From positions 1,638 to 65,637 of IMG/VR virus record IMGVR_UViG_3300025138_011172: DNA of 64,000 nt; one strand, written 5' to 3'. Below, piece by piece: positions 1 to 9,215 of the stretch. The stretch comes from a virus. Its lineage: Duplodnaviria > Caudoviricetes. The stretch's first letter is position 1, and each line of letters opens with the position of its first letter. The position numbers were made by a program, and so were the translations under genes. The notes under the pieces were generated by a model. It was not told the DNA's origin, made no database searches, and was given only the letters and a program-made list of their open reading frames with translations.

Positions 1-2
1 TA

Positions 3-275
3 AATAAAGAAGCTATAAAAAAAACAATATATTACCATCTTGATTATCATTTTAAACCTGTATGGGATGGTACTGAAGAAAATCTTAAAGAAATTGAAGA
101 ATTTAGAGAAGATTTAAGAATACCAAAAGATAAAACTTATATAATGCCTGCGGGAGACACAAGAGAAACTTTAATACCTATGTATAAAAAAGTATTTAAA
201 ATGTGTGAAGAAAAGGGATACAATATGACTGGCAGAGACCACATAATAGCTTTTGATACAGAAAGGGGGGTATAG
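3..275 (+). CDS. queE: C-terminal fragment of 7-carboxy-7-deazaguanine synthase (radical SAM, QueE-like), 5'-truncated by window
   Basis: Frame from nt 3 reads ...DYHFKPVWDG...KTYIMPAGDTRE...GYNMTGRDHIIAFDTERGV*, resembling QueE C-termini (xMPxG...RxHxxxxxxxRGV); the radical SAM motif lies outside the window; folE2 is nearby. Confidence 0.65.
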   Translation, partial: NKEAIKKTIYYHLDYHFKPVWDGTEENLKEIEEFREDLRIPKDKTYIMPAGDTRETLIPMYKKVFKMCEEKGYNMTGRDHIIAFDTERGV

Positions 276-374
276 TGAAACTTTTATATAAGGGATATAC
301 CCCAAAATCATCAGATAAATACATTTTAACCTCTTGATTATGTTATATTAATTAATTTTACTTCATTTTTAGCG

Positions 375-382
375 TATTTATA
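375..382 (+). promoter_or_regulatory. Putative late promoter motif TATTTATA
   Basis: The same motif recurs shortly upstream of ORFs at 399, 2003 (TATTTAT 1982-1988), 2905 (2867), 45825 (45814), 47778 (47755), 49710 (49668) and 57471 (57460). Confidence 0.5.
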
Positions 383-398
383 GATATAAATTTTATTA

Positions 399-1979
399 AT
401 GGCTACAATAAAAATAAGTGAATTAACAACCCTTACTAGTGGAAGTGTTACATCTGCTACAGATATACTACCTATAGTAGATAGTGATGCTAGTATTACT
501 AAAAAAATAACTGTAGACGATTTAGCAGGAGCTATGTCATCTACTCTTCTTGAAGCAAAATACCAAGATACCTTTTTTGTTTCCCCTTCTGGATCGGATT
601 CTACGGGTGAAAAAGGAAACATTTCATTACCTTTTGCCACTATAGCAGGTGCAAGAAATGCTGCTACTGGATCTTCAGGATATAATAAACTAATTCATGT
701 ATTTCCTGGTACATATGAAGAACAAGGATTAGCATATAGTGGTAGTTTTTATTTTGCTCCAGGTTCAATTTTACAAGCCCCAGTTCAAGCATCTGCAACA
801 GAAATACCATTATTCTCTGTTGGTACTGATAATATTCAACATATTAATATATTTGGTAAAGGTAATTTTATCTCTCAAAAATCAACAGATAATGATGATA
901 ATTCAAACATTTTAAGTGTAATAGGAACAGGTAGTGCTTATTTGGAAGCTAATTATATTTTTAATGAAAAAAGTAATGGTATTTTCCTTCAAGATAGTGC
1001 ATCCGCTATATTAAAGGCAAATGAATATGAAATTGCTGATGGTTATATGATAACCCAAAGAGATTACTCAGTAGCTACTATAGACTTAGATACTATAAAC
1101 CATTATGGTGCTGGAGCTTTTGCTTATGGGATGTTTTTTAGACAAGGATCAAGCGCTGGTTTTTTTGGTCAATCTACAGTAAATGCTAATAAAATAATCT
1201 CTACAGATAGTACATTTTTATCATGTACTAAAATGGGGGTTGGAGCTAGAGTTGATATAAATGCAAACACAATACTTGTTTCAGGTTCATCTGATGAATT
1301 TATGACTTGTATTAATAGTTTTGGAGAGCATTACATTAATATAAATGGTAATTTTAATACTACTAAAAAAATATATAGAACTTACCCAGCAGCATCTAAT
1401 TCTGGTATGAGGCTTATTTTAACGGGTACCGCAAAAGTATCAGGTTCACAATTTCTAGAATTTACCTCTAATGAAAACAATGCTGAAATAACCTCAGATA
1501 TGTGGGTAGAGGTAACAGGAAGTACTAATGCTATAACACATAATGGAAGTACGGGGGCTAATTTATTTTTAAATAGAGGATTAACTAATGAAACTGTAGA
1601 TGGTAATGGTATTATATACACGGGGACAGGTAATTTAGTAGTAGATAATTATAAAATTACCCTATCAGGATCTTTTATTTCACCTACGGGATATTCTATT
1701 TCAGGTTCTTCAACCCAAGATATTTTAGTAATGGGTCAATTATCTTCAAATGCTTCTACTAGTACAGGTTTAAATAATACAGGACCAGGTTTAGTTAATA
1801 CAGGGTATTCAGGATCTAATAATTTAACTATAGCAGGAGCTACAAATTCAACAGCATCATTTGGTTCTATGGTTTTAGAAAGTTTACCAACAACAAAACC
1901 AACTCTATCAGGATCTCTTTGGTTATCAGGTAGTGCGGGGCAAGGATCTCAGTACTTAGTAGTATTTAATGGAATTTAA
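399..1979 (+). CDS. Putative virion fibre/spike protein with beta-helix-like body
   Basis: N-terminal module MATIKISELTTLTSGSV..DILPIVD..TKKITVDDLAGAM shared with 3208; FVSPSGSD..G....PFATI motif typical of beta-helix starts; S/G/T/N rich; C-terminal LPTTKPTLSGSLW. Confidence 0.6.
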   Translation: MATIKISELTTLTSGSVTSATDILPIVDSDASITKKITVDDLAGAMSSTLLEAKYQDTFFVSPSGSDSTGEKGNISLPFATIAGARNAATGSSGYNKLIHVFPGTYEEQGLAYSGSFYFAPGSILQAPVQASATEIPLFSVGTDNIQHINIFGKGNFISQKSTDNDDNSNILSVIGTGSAYLEANYIFNEKSNGIFLQDSASAILKANEYEIADGYMITQRDYSVATIDLDTINHYGAGAFAYGMFFRQGSSAGFFGQSTVNANKIISTDSTFLSCTKMGVGARVDINANTILVSGSSDEFMTCINSFGEHYININGNFNTTKKIYRTYPAASNSGMRLILTGTAKVSGSQFLEFTSNENNAEITSDMWVEVTGSTNAITHNGSTGANLFLNRGLTNETVDGNGIIYTGTGNLVVDNYKITLSGSFISPTGYSISGSSTQDILVMGQLSSNASTSTGLNNTGPGLVNTGYSGSNNLTIAGATNSTASFGSMVLESLPTTKPTLSGSLWLSGSAGQGSQYLVVFNGI

Positions 1980-2002
1980 CATATTTATTACAAATAAACA
2001 TT

Positions 2003-2836
2003 ATGGCTTACAATATTCCTCCTTCAGTTTCAAAAACTATTATTTCTAATCAAAGAAAATTACAAGGACCAACAGGAGGGAATAGCAATATCCAAAATAA
2101 ACTTCAACGTGGGACTGATACAACATCAACTCTTTTAATGACATCAGATCAACTTAGAAGTCAAGGACCTAACGGACCAACAGGAGGGAATAGCAATATT
2201 CAAAATAAACTTCAACGTGGAACTTCAACAGTTAGTCCTGTTATCTCAGATCTTTTAATGGTTGGTAAGGGACCTAACGGACCAACAGGAGGGAATAGCA
2301 ATATTGCTAATCAACTTCAAACTTATTCTGGTGGGTATGTAAAACAAATAAAACAAAAATCAACAATACAAAGCCCAACTGGAGGGAATAGCAATATTGT
2401 AAATCAACTTTCACGTGGAATACCAGCATTGAAAAAAATAAAAGGTGACCTAAAACCTTCTAAATCATCAGGAATTAGTCCTAATAATCAATTATTTAAT
2501 AATGCTCAAGCTGAACATAACCCAACAACCTCAATTCCATCAGCTAAACCATATCAGACTCAAACAGTAAGTGTTTCACAAAAACTACAAAAACAACAAA
2601 CTGAAGGAAATGTTCATTTTGCACCTTCACAAGGACTTATAAAATTAATAAAATTACAAAAATCAAGAGAATTAGGAATTAATACAACGGCTATTGCAGC
2701 CCTTGCTTTTGCACCAAATGAATCAGGTGGTGGAAGTCAAACCCCAGGTTCTACACCACAATTAGAGTTAATAACACAAACTTCATTCCCTTTAATGACA
2801 CAAGGTGGAGATTTTATTATAGCAAATCAACTTTAA
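2003..2836 (+). CDS. Low-complexity repeat protein, probably virion-associated
   Basis: Four PTGGNSNIxN(K/Q)L repeats; C-terminal LELITQTSFPLMTQGGDFIIANQL similar to the end of 2905; TATTTAT upstream. Confidence 0.55.
   Translation: MAYNIPPSVSKTIISNQRKLQGPTGGNSNIQNKLQRGTDTTSTLLMTSDQLRSQGPNGPTGGNSNIQNKLQRGTSTVSPVISDLLMVGKGPNGPTGGNSNIANQLQTYSGGYVKQIKQKSTIQSPTGGNSNIVNQLSRGIPALKKIKGDLKPSKSSGISPNNQLFNNAQAEHNPTTSIPSAKPYQTQTVSVSQKLQKQQTEGNVHFAPSQGLIKLIKLQKSRELGINTTAIAALAFAPNESGGGSQTPGSTPQLELITQTSFPLMTQGGDFIIANQL
2066..2410 (+). repeat. Four intragenic direct repeats (GGA)CCAAC(A/T)GGAGGGAATAGCAATAT
   Basis: Copies at about 2066, 2174, 2279 and 2375, near-identical at the DNA level. Confidence 0.85.
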
Positions 2837-2904
2837 TTTTTTTGGTAATTTTTATTATTTTTAACGTATTTATACAACGATAATATATAAACATTAACAC
2901 ATAA

Positions 2905-3198
2905 ATGGATTATTCAGTATTAGATTGGCAAGCATTTAGAAAACTTCCAGAAATTGAGGGTTTACCTCTAATGGAACAAAAACAAAGATTTTTAGCAATT
3001 CAAAACAATGTTAATTTACTACTAGAAGGTAGAGCTCAACAACAGCTTATGATGTTTATGATGTCTATGGCTGCTTCCGGAGGATTTGTTCCAGAAGTTA
3101 CAGACCCAACAGCAGGACCAGAATTAGAATTAACAACAGAAAGTTTAATACCCTTAATGACTCAAGCAGAAGAGTACATAATAGCAGAACAACAATAA
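2905..3198 (+). CDS. Small protein, possible fibre adaptor
   Basis: C-terminal LELTTESLIPLMTQAEEYIIAEQQ paralogous to the end of 2003; sits immediately upstream of the long fibre gene. Confidence 0.55.
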   Translation: MDYSVLDWQAFRKLPEIEGLPLMEQKQRFLAIQNNVNLLLEGRAQQQLMMFMMSMAASGGFVPEVTDPTAGPELELTTESLIPLMTQAEEYIIAEQQ

Positions 3199-3207
3199 AA
3201 TTAAAAC

Positions 3208-6200
3208 ATGGCAACTAAAAAAATTACCCAATTAACAGGATTAGTAAGTGGAAGCGTCGTTTCCGCCAATGATGTACTTCCTATAGTAGATCTTGCTAAT
3301 GACATAACTAAAAAGATTACAGTAGATAACTTAGCAGGAGCAATGACTGCAAGTTGGGCTTTAAATGCTATTTCTGCATCTCATGAAATAACACATGAAG
3401 TATCCTCATCTTATGCTCAAACAGCATCTTTAGGTGCATTAGGATTTACAGTAGAAGCTAATATTTCAGGAGGTTTTACATCAACAGCATCCTTTGGAAC
3501 ATATGTAGGTGATACAGCAACTTTTATACAGGGAACAGGTTTAGATAGTGTAGCAGTTGGTCCTAACTCAATAGCCAGTACAGAAGGCGCAGTTGGAATA
3601 GGAAGTGCAGCACAAGGGAAAGGTGATATTAATTCTACCGCAGTAGGTAAAAGTGCAATAGCAAATGGAAGAGGTGCCACAGCAATTGGTGATGATGCAG
3701 ATGCAACAGCAAATCAATCAGTAGCAATAGGTGCAGCAGCAGCAGCATCAACTGTAGGAGCTGTTTCTATTGGTTTATCTTCTCAAGGAAAAGGTGGTGT
3801 TAATGCCACTGCAGTAGGTAAAAGTGCAGTAGCAAATGGAGCAAGTGCTGTAGCAATTGGTGATGATGCAGATGCAGTTGGAAGTAATGCAATAGCAATA
3901 GGAGCAGGAGCAGGAGCAGCGGGTGCAAATTCTATAGCAGTAGGACAAGGAGTAAATAGTGTCCCAGCAAGTCAATTAAGAATGGGTAATAGTTCAGTTA
4001 TCCCATTATCAGCTTCTTTAACAACAGGTGATGTATTATTTCCAAGTACAGCATCAGCTGAATTTTTTGTAGGTGATGGTTCTCTTTTAACAGGAATATC
4101 TTCTTTATATGAAGCTGGATCAGGAACTCTTTCAATCCAACCAACGATAGATACCCAAAACACATCTTCAGGAGCTTGTTCTAGTATAGGTGGTGGAAAA
4201 AAGAACACAACCTCAGGAACCTATGGAAGAGTAGGTGGTGGATGTGGTAATCAAGTAACTACAAATAGTGTACATGGAGCTGTTTTAGGTGGTAGAAATA
4301 ACTGTGTTGCTCCTGCTAATTCACAAACAGGAGGAGGTATAGTTGCAGGCCAAAACAATTGCGTTTTAGGTGGCTGGGGATTTATTGGAGGAGGATTTGG
4401 AAACTGTGCTGGTGGATTTGCACAAATAACAATAGGTGGTGGTCAAGCAAATACAGTATCTAGTGCATATGGTACCATTTCAGGAGGATATACTAATACA
4501 ATACCAGCATCTTCAAATGCTTCAAACATTGGTGGTGGTGTTAAAAATTTAGCCTCTGCAGGATGTGCAACAGTTGGAGGTGGTCAACAAAACACAGGAT
4601 CAGGAGCACATTCAACAGTAGGTGGTGGTGAATTAAATAATAGTACTACACTTCATAGTACTATAGGAGGGGGTAAAAATAATTTAATTGATGGTCAAAC
4701 TTGTCAAGTTATTGCAGGTGGGCAAGATAATATTAGCTCAGGTCAACACAATGTAATAGGTGGAGGTTGTAAAAACGATACAGGAACTGGAGCAGGTGTT
4801 ACAATAGCTGGGGGTAGATGTTCTACTGTTCAAGATGGGGCAAATTCATCATTTATTGGTGGTGGATTTAGAAACTGTGTAAATTCTAATGGACAAACTG
4901 GAACCTTAGCAGGTGGAATGTGTAATGTTGTAGATGCAAATAATTCAACAGTTTCTGGTGGATATAAAAATTGTACTACTGGTTATGCAAGTTTTGTAGG
5001 TGGAGGAATATGTAACCATGCTACAGGTTCAGGTTCAACAATTGGAGGTGGATCAGGAAGTTTTGCTCCTGGTACAATGGGAGTAGTAGGAGGTGGTTAT
5101 CATAACACAGCTTCAGGAGATTGCTCAGTAGTAGTAGGTGGTACATCTGGTCAAGCTACAGGTCAACAATCAAGTATTGGTGGTGGTGTTACTAACCAAG
5201 CAACTGGAACTCATTCTACAATAGGTGGTGGAGAAACAAACCTAGGTTCAGGGGCAGCAGCAACAGTAGCAGGTGGAAGTACAAATATTGCTTCTGCTAA
5301 TTGTGCAACAATAGCAGGTGGAAAGAACAACTTAGCTAGTGGTGTTATATCTACAATAGGAGGTGGTATAAATATTTCATCATCAGGAACAGCAGCAACA
5401 GTAGGTGGTGGTCAAAACAACGAAGCAACAGCAACAACATCAACAGTAGGTGGTGGTAAACTTAACATAAGTTCAGGTGCAGGATCAACAATATCTGGTG
5501 GATATGGTAATCAAGCTGTAGGAACATGTAGTATAATAGCAGGTGGACTTAGTAATTGTGCAGATGGAATACAATCATTTATTGGAGGTGGAATATTTAA
5601 TTCAGGTTCAGGAGCAGGTTCAACAATTTCAGGTGGATCAGGAAGTTTGGCTGGTGGTGTTATGTCTACAATAGGAGGTGGTTCTCATAACACAGCTTCA
5701 AAAATCTACTCAACAGTAGCAGGAGGATTTAATAACCAAGCTACTGGTAATTGTTCAACAGTAGCAGGAGGATGTGGTAATGTTGCATCATCTTTTGTAG
5801 CTACCATTGTTGGAGGTAGAGGCAATACAGCTTCTTCTAATTATACATTAGTAGGAGGTTGTGGTAATACTGCAGCAGCAATAGCTGGAACATCATTTGG
5901 TAGAAATAATGCTAATAATGGACAATATGGAACATTATCAGGAGGTTATCGAAACAGTGTTGTTGAACCAGGGAAATTTGCCACACTAAGTGGTGGATAT
6001 AACAACGTAGCCTCAGGTTCACTTTCAGTAGTTGCAGGTGGATCAGGAAGTATAGCTAGTGGTGTTATTTCTACAATAGGAGGTGGTTCTCATAACACAG
6101 CTTCAGGATTTTGTTCAACAATTGCAGGTGGTGCTTATAACTGTACCATTAGTACTAAAGGATGTAATTCAATTCTTGGTGGACATAAGAACTGTATAGG

Positions 6201-6741
6201 TGGAGCTTCACAACATTCAACTATAAGTGGTGGATATGATAATAAAATTTCTGCGGGTTATAGAGGATTTATTGGTCAAGGTTACCAAAACTGTATTTCA
6301 GGTAATAATAGTGCAATTGTTGGAGGAAGTAGTAACGTTGCATCATCAACCAATAACTTTATTGGAGGAGGTGGAAATAATACAACCTCAGCAAATTATG
6401 CTATAATAGTTGGTGGTAATCAAAATGTAACATCAGGGGTTAGATCAGCAATAGTTGGAGGTCAATGTAATCTCGTCTCTGGAGCTTGTTCAGTAGTTGT
6501 TGGTGGTAGATTTAATACAGGATCAGCTGCATTTTCATCAGTATTAGGTGGTGGAAATAATGCAGTAATACATGCCTCAGCATCTGCAGTAGGACATGAT
6601 ATATTAACAGTAACAAGTTCATCTTTACACGTTAATAACTTAGTAATCCAAACAGGAAGTTTACCAACAGGAGATCCAGGAATTTCTGGAATGTTATGGT
6701 ATGATGCAACAAGTGGATCATTAAAAGTATCATCTCTATAA
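3208..6741 (+). CDS. Long tail fibre/adhesin: YadA-head-like repeats followed by a Gly/Ser/Cys-rich beta-solenoid
   Basis: AVAIG/ATAIGDDADA repeats (trimeric autotransporter head-like); dozens of ~15-aa STIGGGxxNxASG repeats; N- and C-terminal modules shared with 399. Confidence 0.75.
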   Translation: MATKKITQLTGLVSGSVVSANDVLPIVDLANDITKKITVDNLAGAMTASWALNAISASHEITHEVSSSYAQTASLGALGFTVEANISGGFTSTASFGTYVGDTATFIQGTGLDSVAVGPNSIASTEGAVGIGSAAQGKGDINSTAVGKSAIANGRGATAIGDDADATANQSVAIGAAAAASTVGAVSIGLSSQGKGGVNATAVGKSAVANGASAVAIGDDADAVGSNAIAIGAGAGAAGANSIAVGQGVNSVPASQLRMGNSSVIPLSASLTTGDVLFPSTASAEFFVGDGSLLTGISSLYEAGSGTLSIQPTIDTQNTSSGACSSIGGGKKNTTSGTYGRVGGGCGNQVTTNSVHGAVLGGRNNCVAPANSQTGGGIVAGQNNCVLGGWGFIGGGFGNCAGGFAQITIGGGQANTVSSAYGTISGGYTNTIPASSNASNIGGGVKNLASAGCATVGGGQQNTGSGAHSTVGGGELNNSTTLHSTIGGGKNNLIDGQTCQVIAGGQDNISSGQHNVIGGGCKNDTGTGAGVTIAGGRCSTVQDGANSSFIGGGFRNCVNSNGQTGTLAGGMCNVVDANNSTVSGGYKNCTTGYASFVGGGICNHATGSGSTIGGGSGSFAPGTMGVVGGGYHNTASGDCSVVVGGTSGQATGQQSSIGGGVTNQATGTHSTIGGGETNLGSGAAATVAGGSTNIASANCATIAGGKNNLASGVISTIGGGINISSSGTAATVGGGQNNEATATTSTVGGGKLNISSGAGSTISGGYGNQAVGTCSIIAGGLSNCADGIQSFIGGGIFNSGSGAGSTISGGSGSLAGGVMSTIGGGSHNTASKIYSTVAGGFNNQATGNCSTVAGGCGNVASSFVATIVGGRGNTASSNYTLVGGCGNTAAAIAGTSFGRNNANNGQYGTLSGGYRNSVVEPGKFATLSGGYNNVASGSLSVVAGGSGSIASGVISTIGGGSHNTASGFCSTIAGGAYNCTISTKGCNSILGGHKNCIGGASQHSTISGGYDNKISAGYRGFIGQGYQNCISGNNSAIVGGSSNVASSTNNFIGGGGNNTTSANYAIIVGGNQNVTSGVRSAIVGGQCNLVSGACSVVVGGRFNTGSAAFSSVLGGGNNAVIHASASAVGHDILTVTSSSLHVNNLVIQTGSLPTGDPGISGMLWYDATSGSLKVSSL

Positions 6742-6764
6742 TAGAGAAAATTAAAAAACAATAT

Positions 6765-6795
6765 AAAGAGCTTGGATTATTCCAGGCTCTTTTTT
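6765..6795 (+). terminator. Intrinsic terminator overlapping a promoter-like motif
   Basis: AAAGAGCTTGGA-TTAT-TCCAGGCTCTTT hairpin plus T run after the fibre gene; also contains TTGG-N15-TTTTTATATTAC. Confidence 0.65.
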
Positions 6796-6823
6796 ATATT
6801 ACGGTTACATTTAAAAAAAGTAT

Positions 6824-7705
6824 ATGGAAAAATATTCTATATTCCACCTTGAGGGTGGATTAGGAAAACACGTAGGAGCAACAGCAGTTGCTTTGTGTAT
6901 AAAGAACAATCACCCTGATAGAAAACTTATAGTAGTTTGTGCCTATCCAGAAATATATTTAAATCTAAAATTTGTAGATAGGGTTTATAGAATAGGAAAT
7001 ACTCCTTATTTTTATGATAATTACATAAAAGATAAAGATTCTCTTATTTTTAAACATGAGCCTTATTTTACTACAGAACACATTCATAAACAAATGCCTT
7101 TAATTGAAAATTGGTGTAGATTATATAATTTAGAATATAATGGAGAAATGCCTGAAATTAGATTAAATAAAAGGCAACAACAATTTGGGGTTAGTAAATG
7201 GATGAGGGAAAAACCTATTATGGTTATCCAAACTAATGGTGGTCCTTTTGAAGAACAACCTTATCCATATTCATGGACTAGAGATTTACCTTCAGAAAAT
7301 GCTGTGGATATAGTAAATTATTTCAAAAATGATTATCATATATTTCAAATATGTAGAAATAAATCCCAAATAATTCCAGATACAGAACCCGTAATAGAAC
7401 CAATGTCTAATATGGAACTTTTTTGTTTACTAGGAATAAGTCAAAAACGTTTATTAATAGATTCATGTTTACAACATGCGGCTTATGCTTTTAATTTACC
7501 ATCAACAGTAGCATGGGTTGGTACATCCCCTTCTATATTTGGATATTCACTCCATAATAATATAACAGCAGACATTCCAGAGGGAGTAAAATTAATAGAT
7601 AGTTATTTATTTGATTTTAATTTTACAGGAACTTTACATGAATGTCCTTTTATTAATGAACAAATTTTTGATTCAAATGATTTTATTAACTCTTTAGAAC
7701 AATAA
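6824..7705 (+). CDS. GT9-like (heptosyltransferase-fold) glycosyltransferase
   Basis: N-terminal GGLGK, C-terminal LLIDSCLQHAAYAFNLPSTVAW matching the GT9 DS..H.A.A...P motif. Confidence 0.65.
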   Translation: MEKYSIFHLEGGLGKHVGATAVALCIKNNHPDRKLIVVCAYPEIYLNLKFVDRVYRIGNTPYFYDNYIKDKDSLIFKHEPYFTTEHIHKQMPLIENWCRLYNLEYNGEMPEIRLNKRQQQFGVSKWMREKPIMVIQTNGGPFEEQPYPYSWTRDLPSENAVDIVNYFKNDYHIFQICRNKSQIIPDTEPVIEPMSNMELFCLLGISQKRLLIDSCLQHAAYAFNLPSTVAWVGTSPSIFGYSLHNNITADIPEGVKLIDSYLFDFNFTGTLHECPFINEQIFDSNDFINSLEQ

Positions 7706-7709
7706 CAAT

Positions 7710-8525
7710 ATGAAAAACTTATATTTCCAATCATCATTACCCCGCGCAGGATCAACATTATTACAAAATATAATGGGACAAAATCCTGATTTTTATGTAA
7801 CACCCACATCAGGAGTTTTAGAACTAGTTTACGCAGCAAGATCTAATTATTCAGATTCACCTGAATTTAAAGCTCAAGATACAGAATTAATGAAAAAAGG
7901 ATTTTTATCTTTTTGTACAGGTGGAATAAATAGTTATTTTGAAGCTATCACAGATAAAAAATATGTTATAGATAAAAGTAGAGGATGGGGAGTTCACTAT
8001 GATTTTTTAAATTCATTTTACCCAAATCCTAAAATTGTTTGCATGATTAGAGATCCTAGAGCTATAATGGCTTCAATGGAGAAAAATTTTAGAAAAAATC
8101 AACATTTAGATTCTGGTATAGTTAACCATGCAGAAATGACGGGCACTACAACTGAAAAAAGAATAGACAATTGGGCTGCAGGCCCACCAGTAGGACTTGC
8201 AATGGAAAGGTTGTATCAAATGGTAAAAGAAGGTATTAATGAAAAAATTTTATTTATTAAATTTGAAAACTTAACATCTAACCCTGAAAAAGAAATTAAA
8301 AGGGTTTATGATTTTTTAGAAGTACCACAGTTTAAACATGATTTTAATAATGTAAAACAAATTACTAAAGAAGATGACGAAGTATATGGTATTTATGGAG
8401 ACCATAACATTAAAAGTAAAATAGAACCTGTAAAAAAAGATTATAACCAGGTTTTAGGTACCCAAGCTGCAAATTGGGTTAAAAATCATTACAAATGGTT
8501 TTATGATACATTTAAATATTTTTAA
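7710..8525 (+). CDS. PAPS-dependent sulfotransferase
   Basis: 5'-PSB motif LPRAGSTLL, 3'-PB motif IRDPRAIMAS, and IKFENLTSNP. Confidence 0.85.
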   Translation: MKNLYFQSSLPRAGSTLLQNIMGQNPDFYVTPTSGVLELVYAARSNYSDSPEFKAQDTELMKKGFLSFCTGGINSYFEAITDKKYVIDKSRGWGVHYDFLNSFYPNPKIVCMIRDPRAIMASMEKNFRKNQHLDSGIVNHAEMTGTTTEKRIDNWAAGPPVGLAMERLYQMVKEGINEKILFIKFENLTSNPEKEIKRVYDFLEVPQFKHDFNNVKQITKEDDEVYGIYGDHNIKSKIEPVKKDYNQVLGTQAANWVKNHYKWFYDTFKYF

Positions 8526-8560
8526 ATTTATTGTAAAATTAAAAAATGTCTAATAAAAAA

Positions 8561-8695
8561 ATGTCTAAAGGAGAAGTACTAAAAATATTAGAAGAAGTAA
8601 AAGAAAATGTTAATACTTGCTGCGCCATAACAATGGAACCAGATGAAGTATTAGATTTAATAGAAAAAATAGAAAAATTTATACAAGATGTTTGA
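8561..8695 (+). CDS. Small hypothetical protein (44 aa)
   Basis: ATG..TGA ORF MSKGEVLKILEE...FIQDV below the ORF-track cut-off; overlaps the start of the next gene. Confidence 0.45.
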   Translation: MSKGEVLKILEEVKENVNTCCAITMEPDEVLDLIEKIEKFIQDV

Positions 8696-9035
8696 ATACA
8701 ACGCAACAACAGTAAGAGTAGTTGACGGCGATACAGTTGACGCTCTAGTAGATTTAGGATTTGATACTTGGAAAAAAGTAAGAATTAGAATGCATGGTTT
8801 TAATGCTCCTGAATCTAGAACTAGAGATTTAGAAGAAAAAAAACGAGGTTTAGCTGCAAAAGCTAGACTAATTGAACTTTTAGACTCCATTGATAATAAA
8901 TTTATCCTAAAATCTCATGGGGTAGGTAAATATGGAAGATGTTTAGGTGAAATAATGTTAAATGATTCCTCCACAGCACAAGGCCAGTTAATAAAAGAAG
9001 GTCATGGTGTAGAATATTTTGGAGGTAAAAGATAA
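8688..9035 (+). CDS. Thermonuclease (SNase-like)
   Basis: RVVDGDTV, RIRMHGFNAPE, GKYGRCLG motifs. Confidence 0.85.
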   Translation: MFEYNATTVRVVDGDTVDALVDLGFDTWKKVRIRMHGFNAPESRTRDLEEKKRGLAAKARLIELLDSIDNKFILKSHGVGKYGRCLGEIMLNDSSTAQGQLIKEGHGVEYFGGKR

Positions 9036-9047
9036 AAAATAGAAATT

Positions 9048-9215
9048 ATGAATGGAATAAATTTATTAAAACGTATGCATCTCTTAAATGGTGATGTAAT
9101 AGAGTTAAAATTAAGAATTAGTAAACTAGTAATATTAGATATTTTTATAAGCAAAAAAAGGTTTAAATTTTTAATATTTAATCTAGGTTTTGAAAGTGAT
9201 AAAAAAAATAAATGA
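9048..9215 (+). CDS. Small hypothetical protein (55 aa)
   Basis: ATG..TGA ORF with ATGA overlap onto hpt. Confidence 0.35.
   Translation: MNGINLLKRMHLLNGDVIELKLRISKLVILDIFISKKRFKFLIFNLGFESDKKNK

Noticed and set aside
3640-6105. DNA repeats in the fibre gene as a diversity-generating retroelement TR/VR pair
   Set aside because: They are in-frame solenoid repeat duplications; no reverse transcriptase in the window and no clear adenine-specific mismatch pattern
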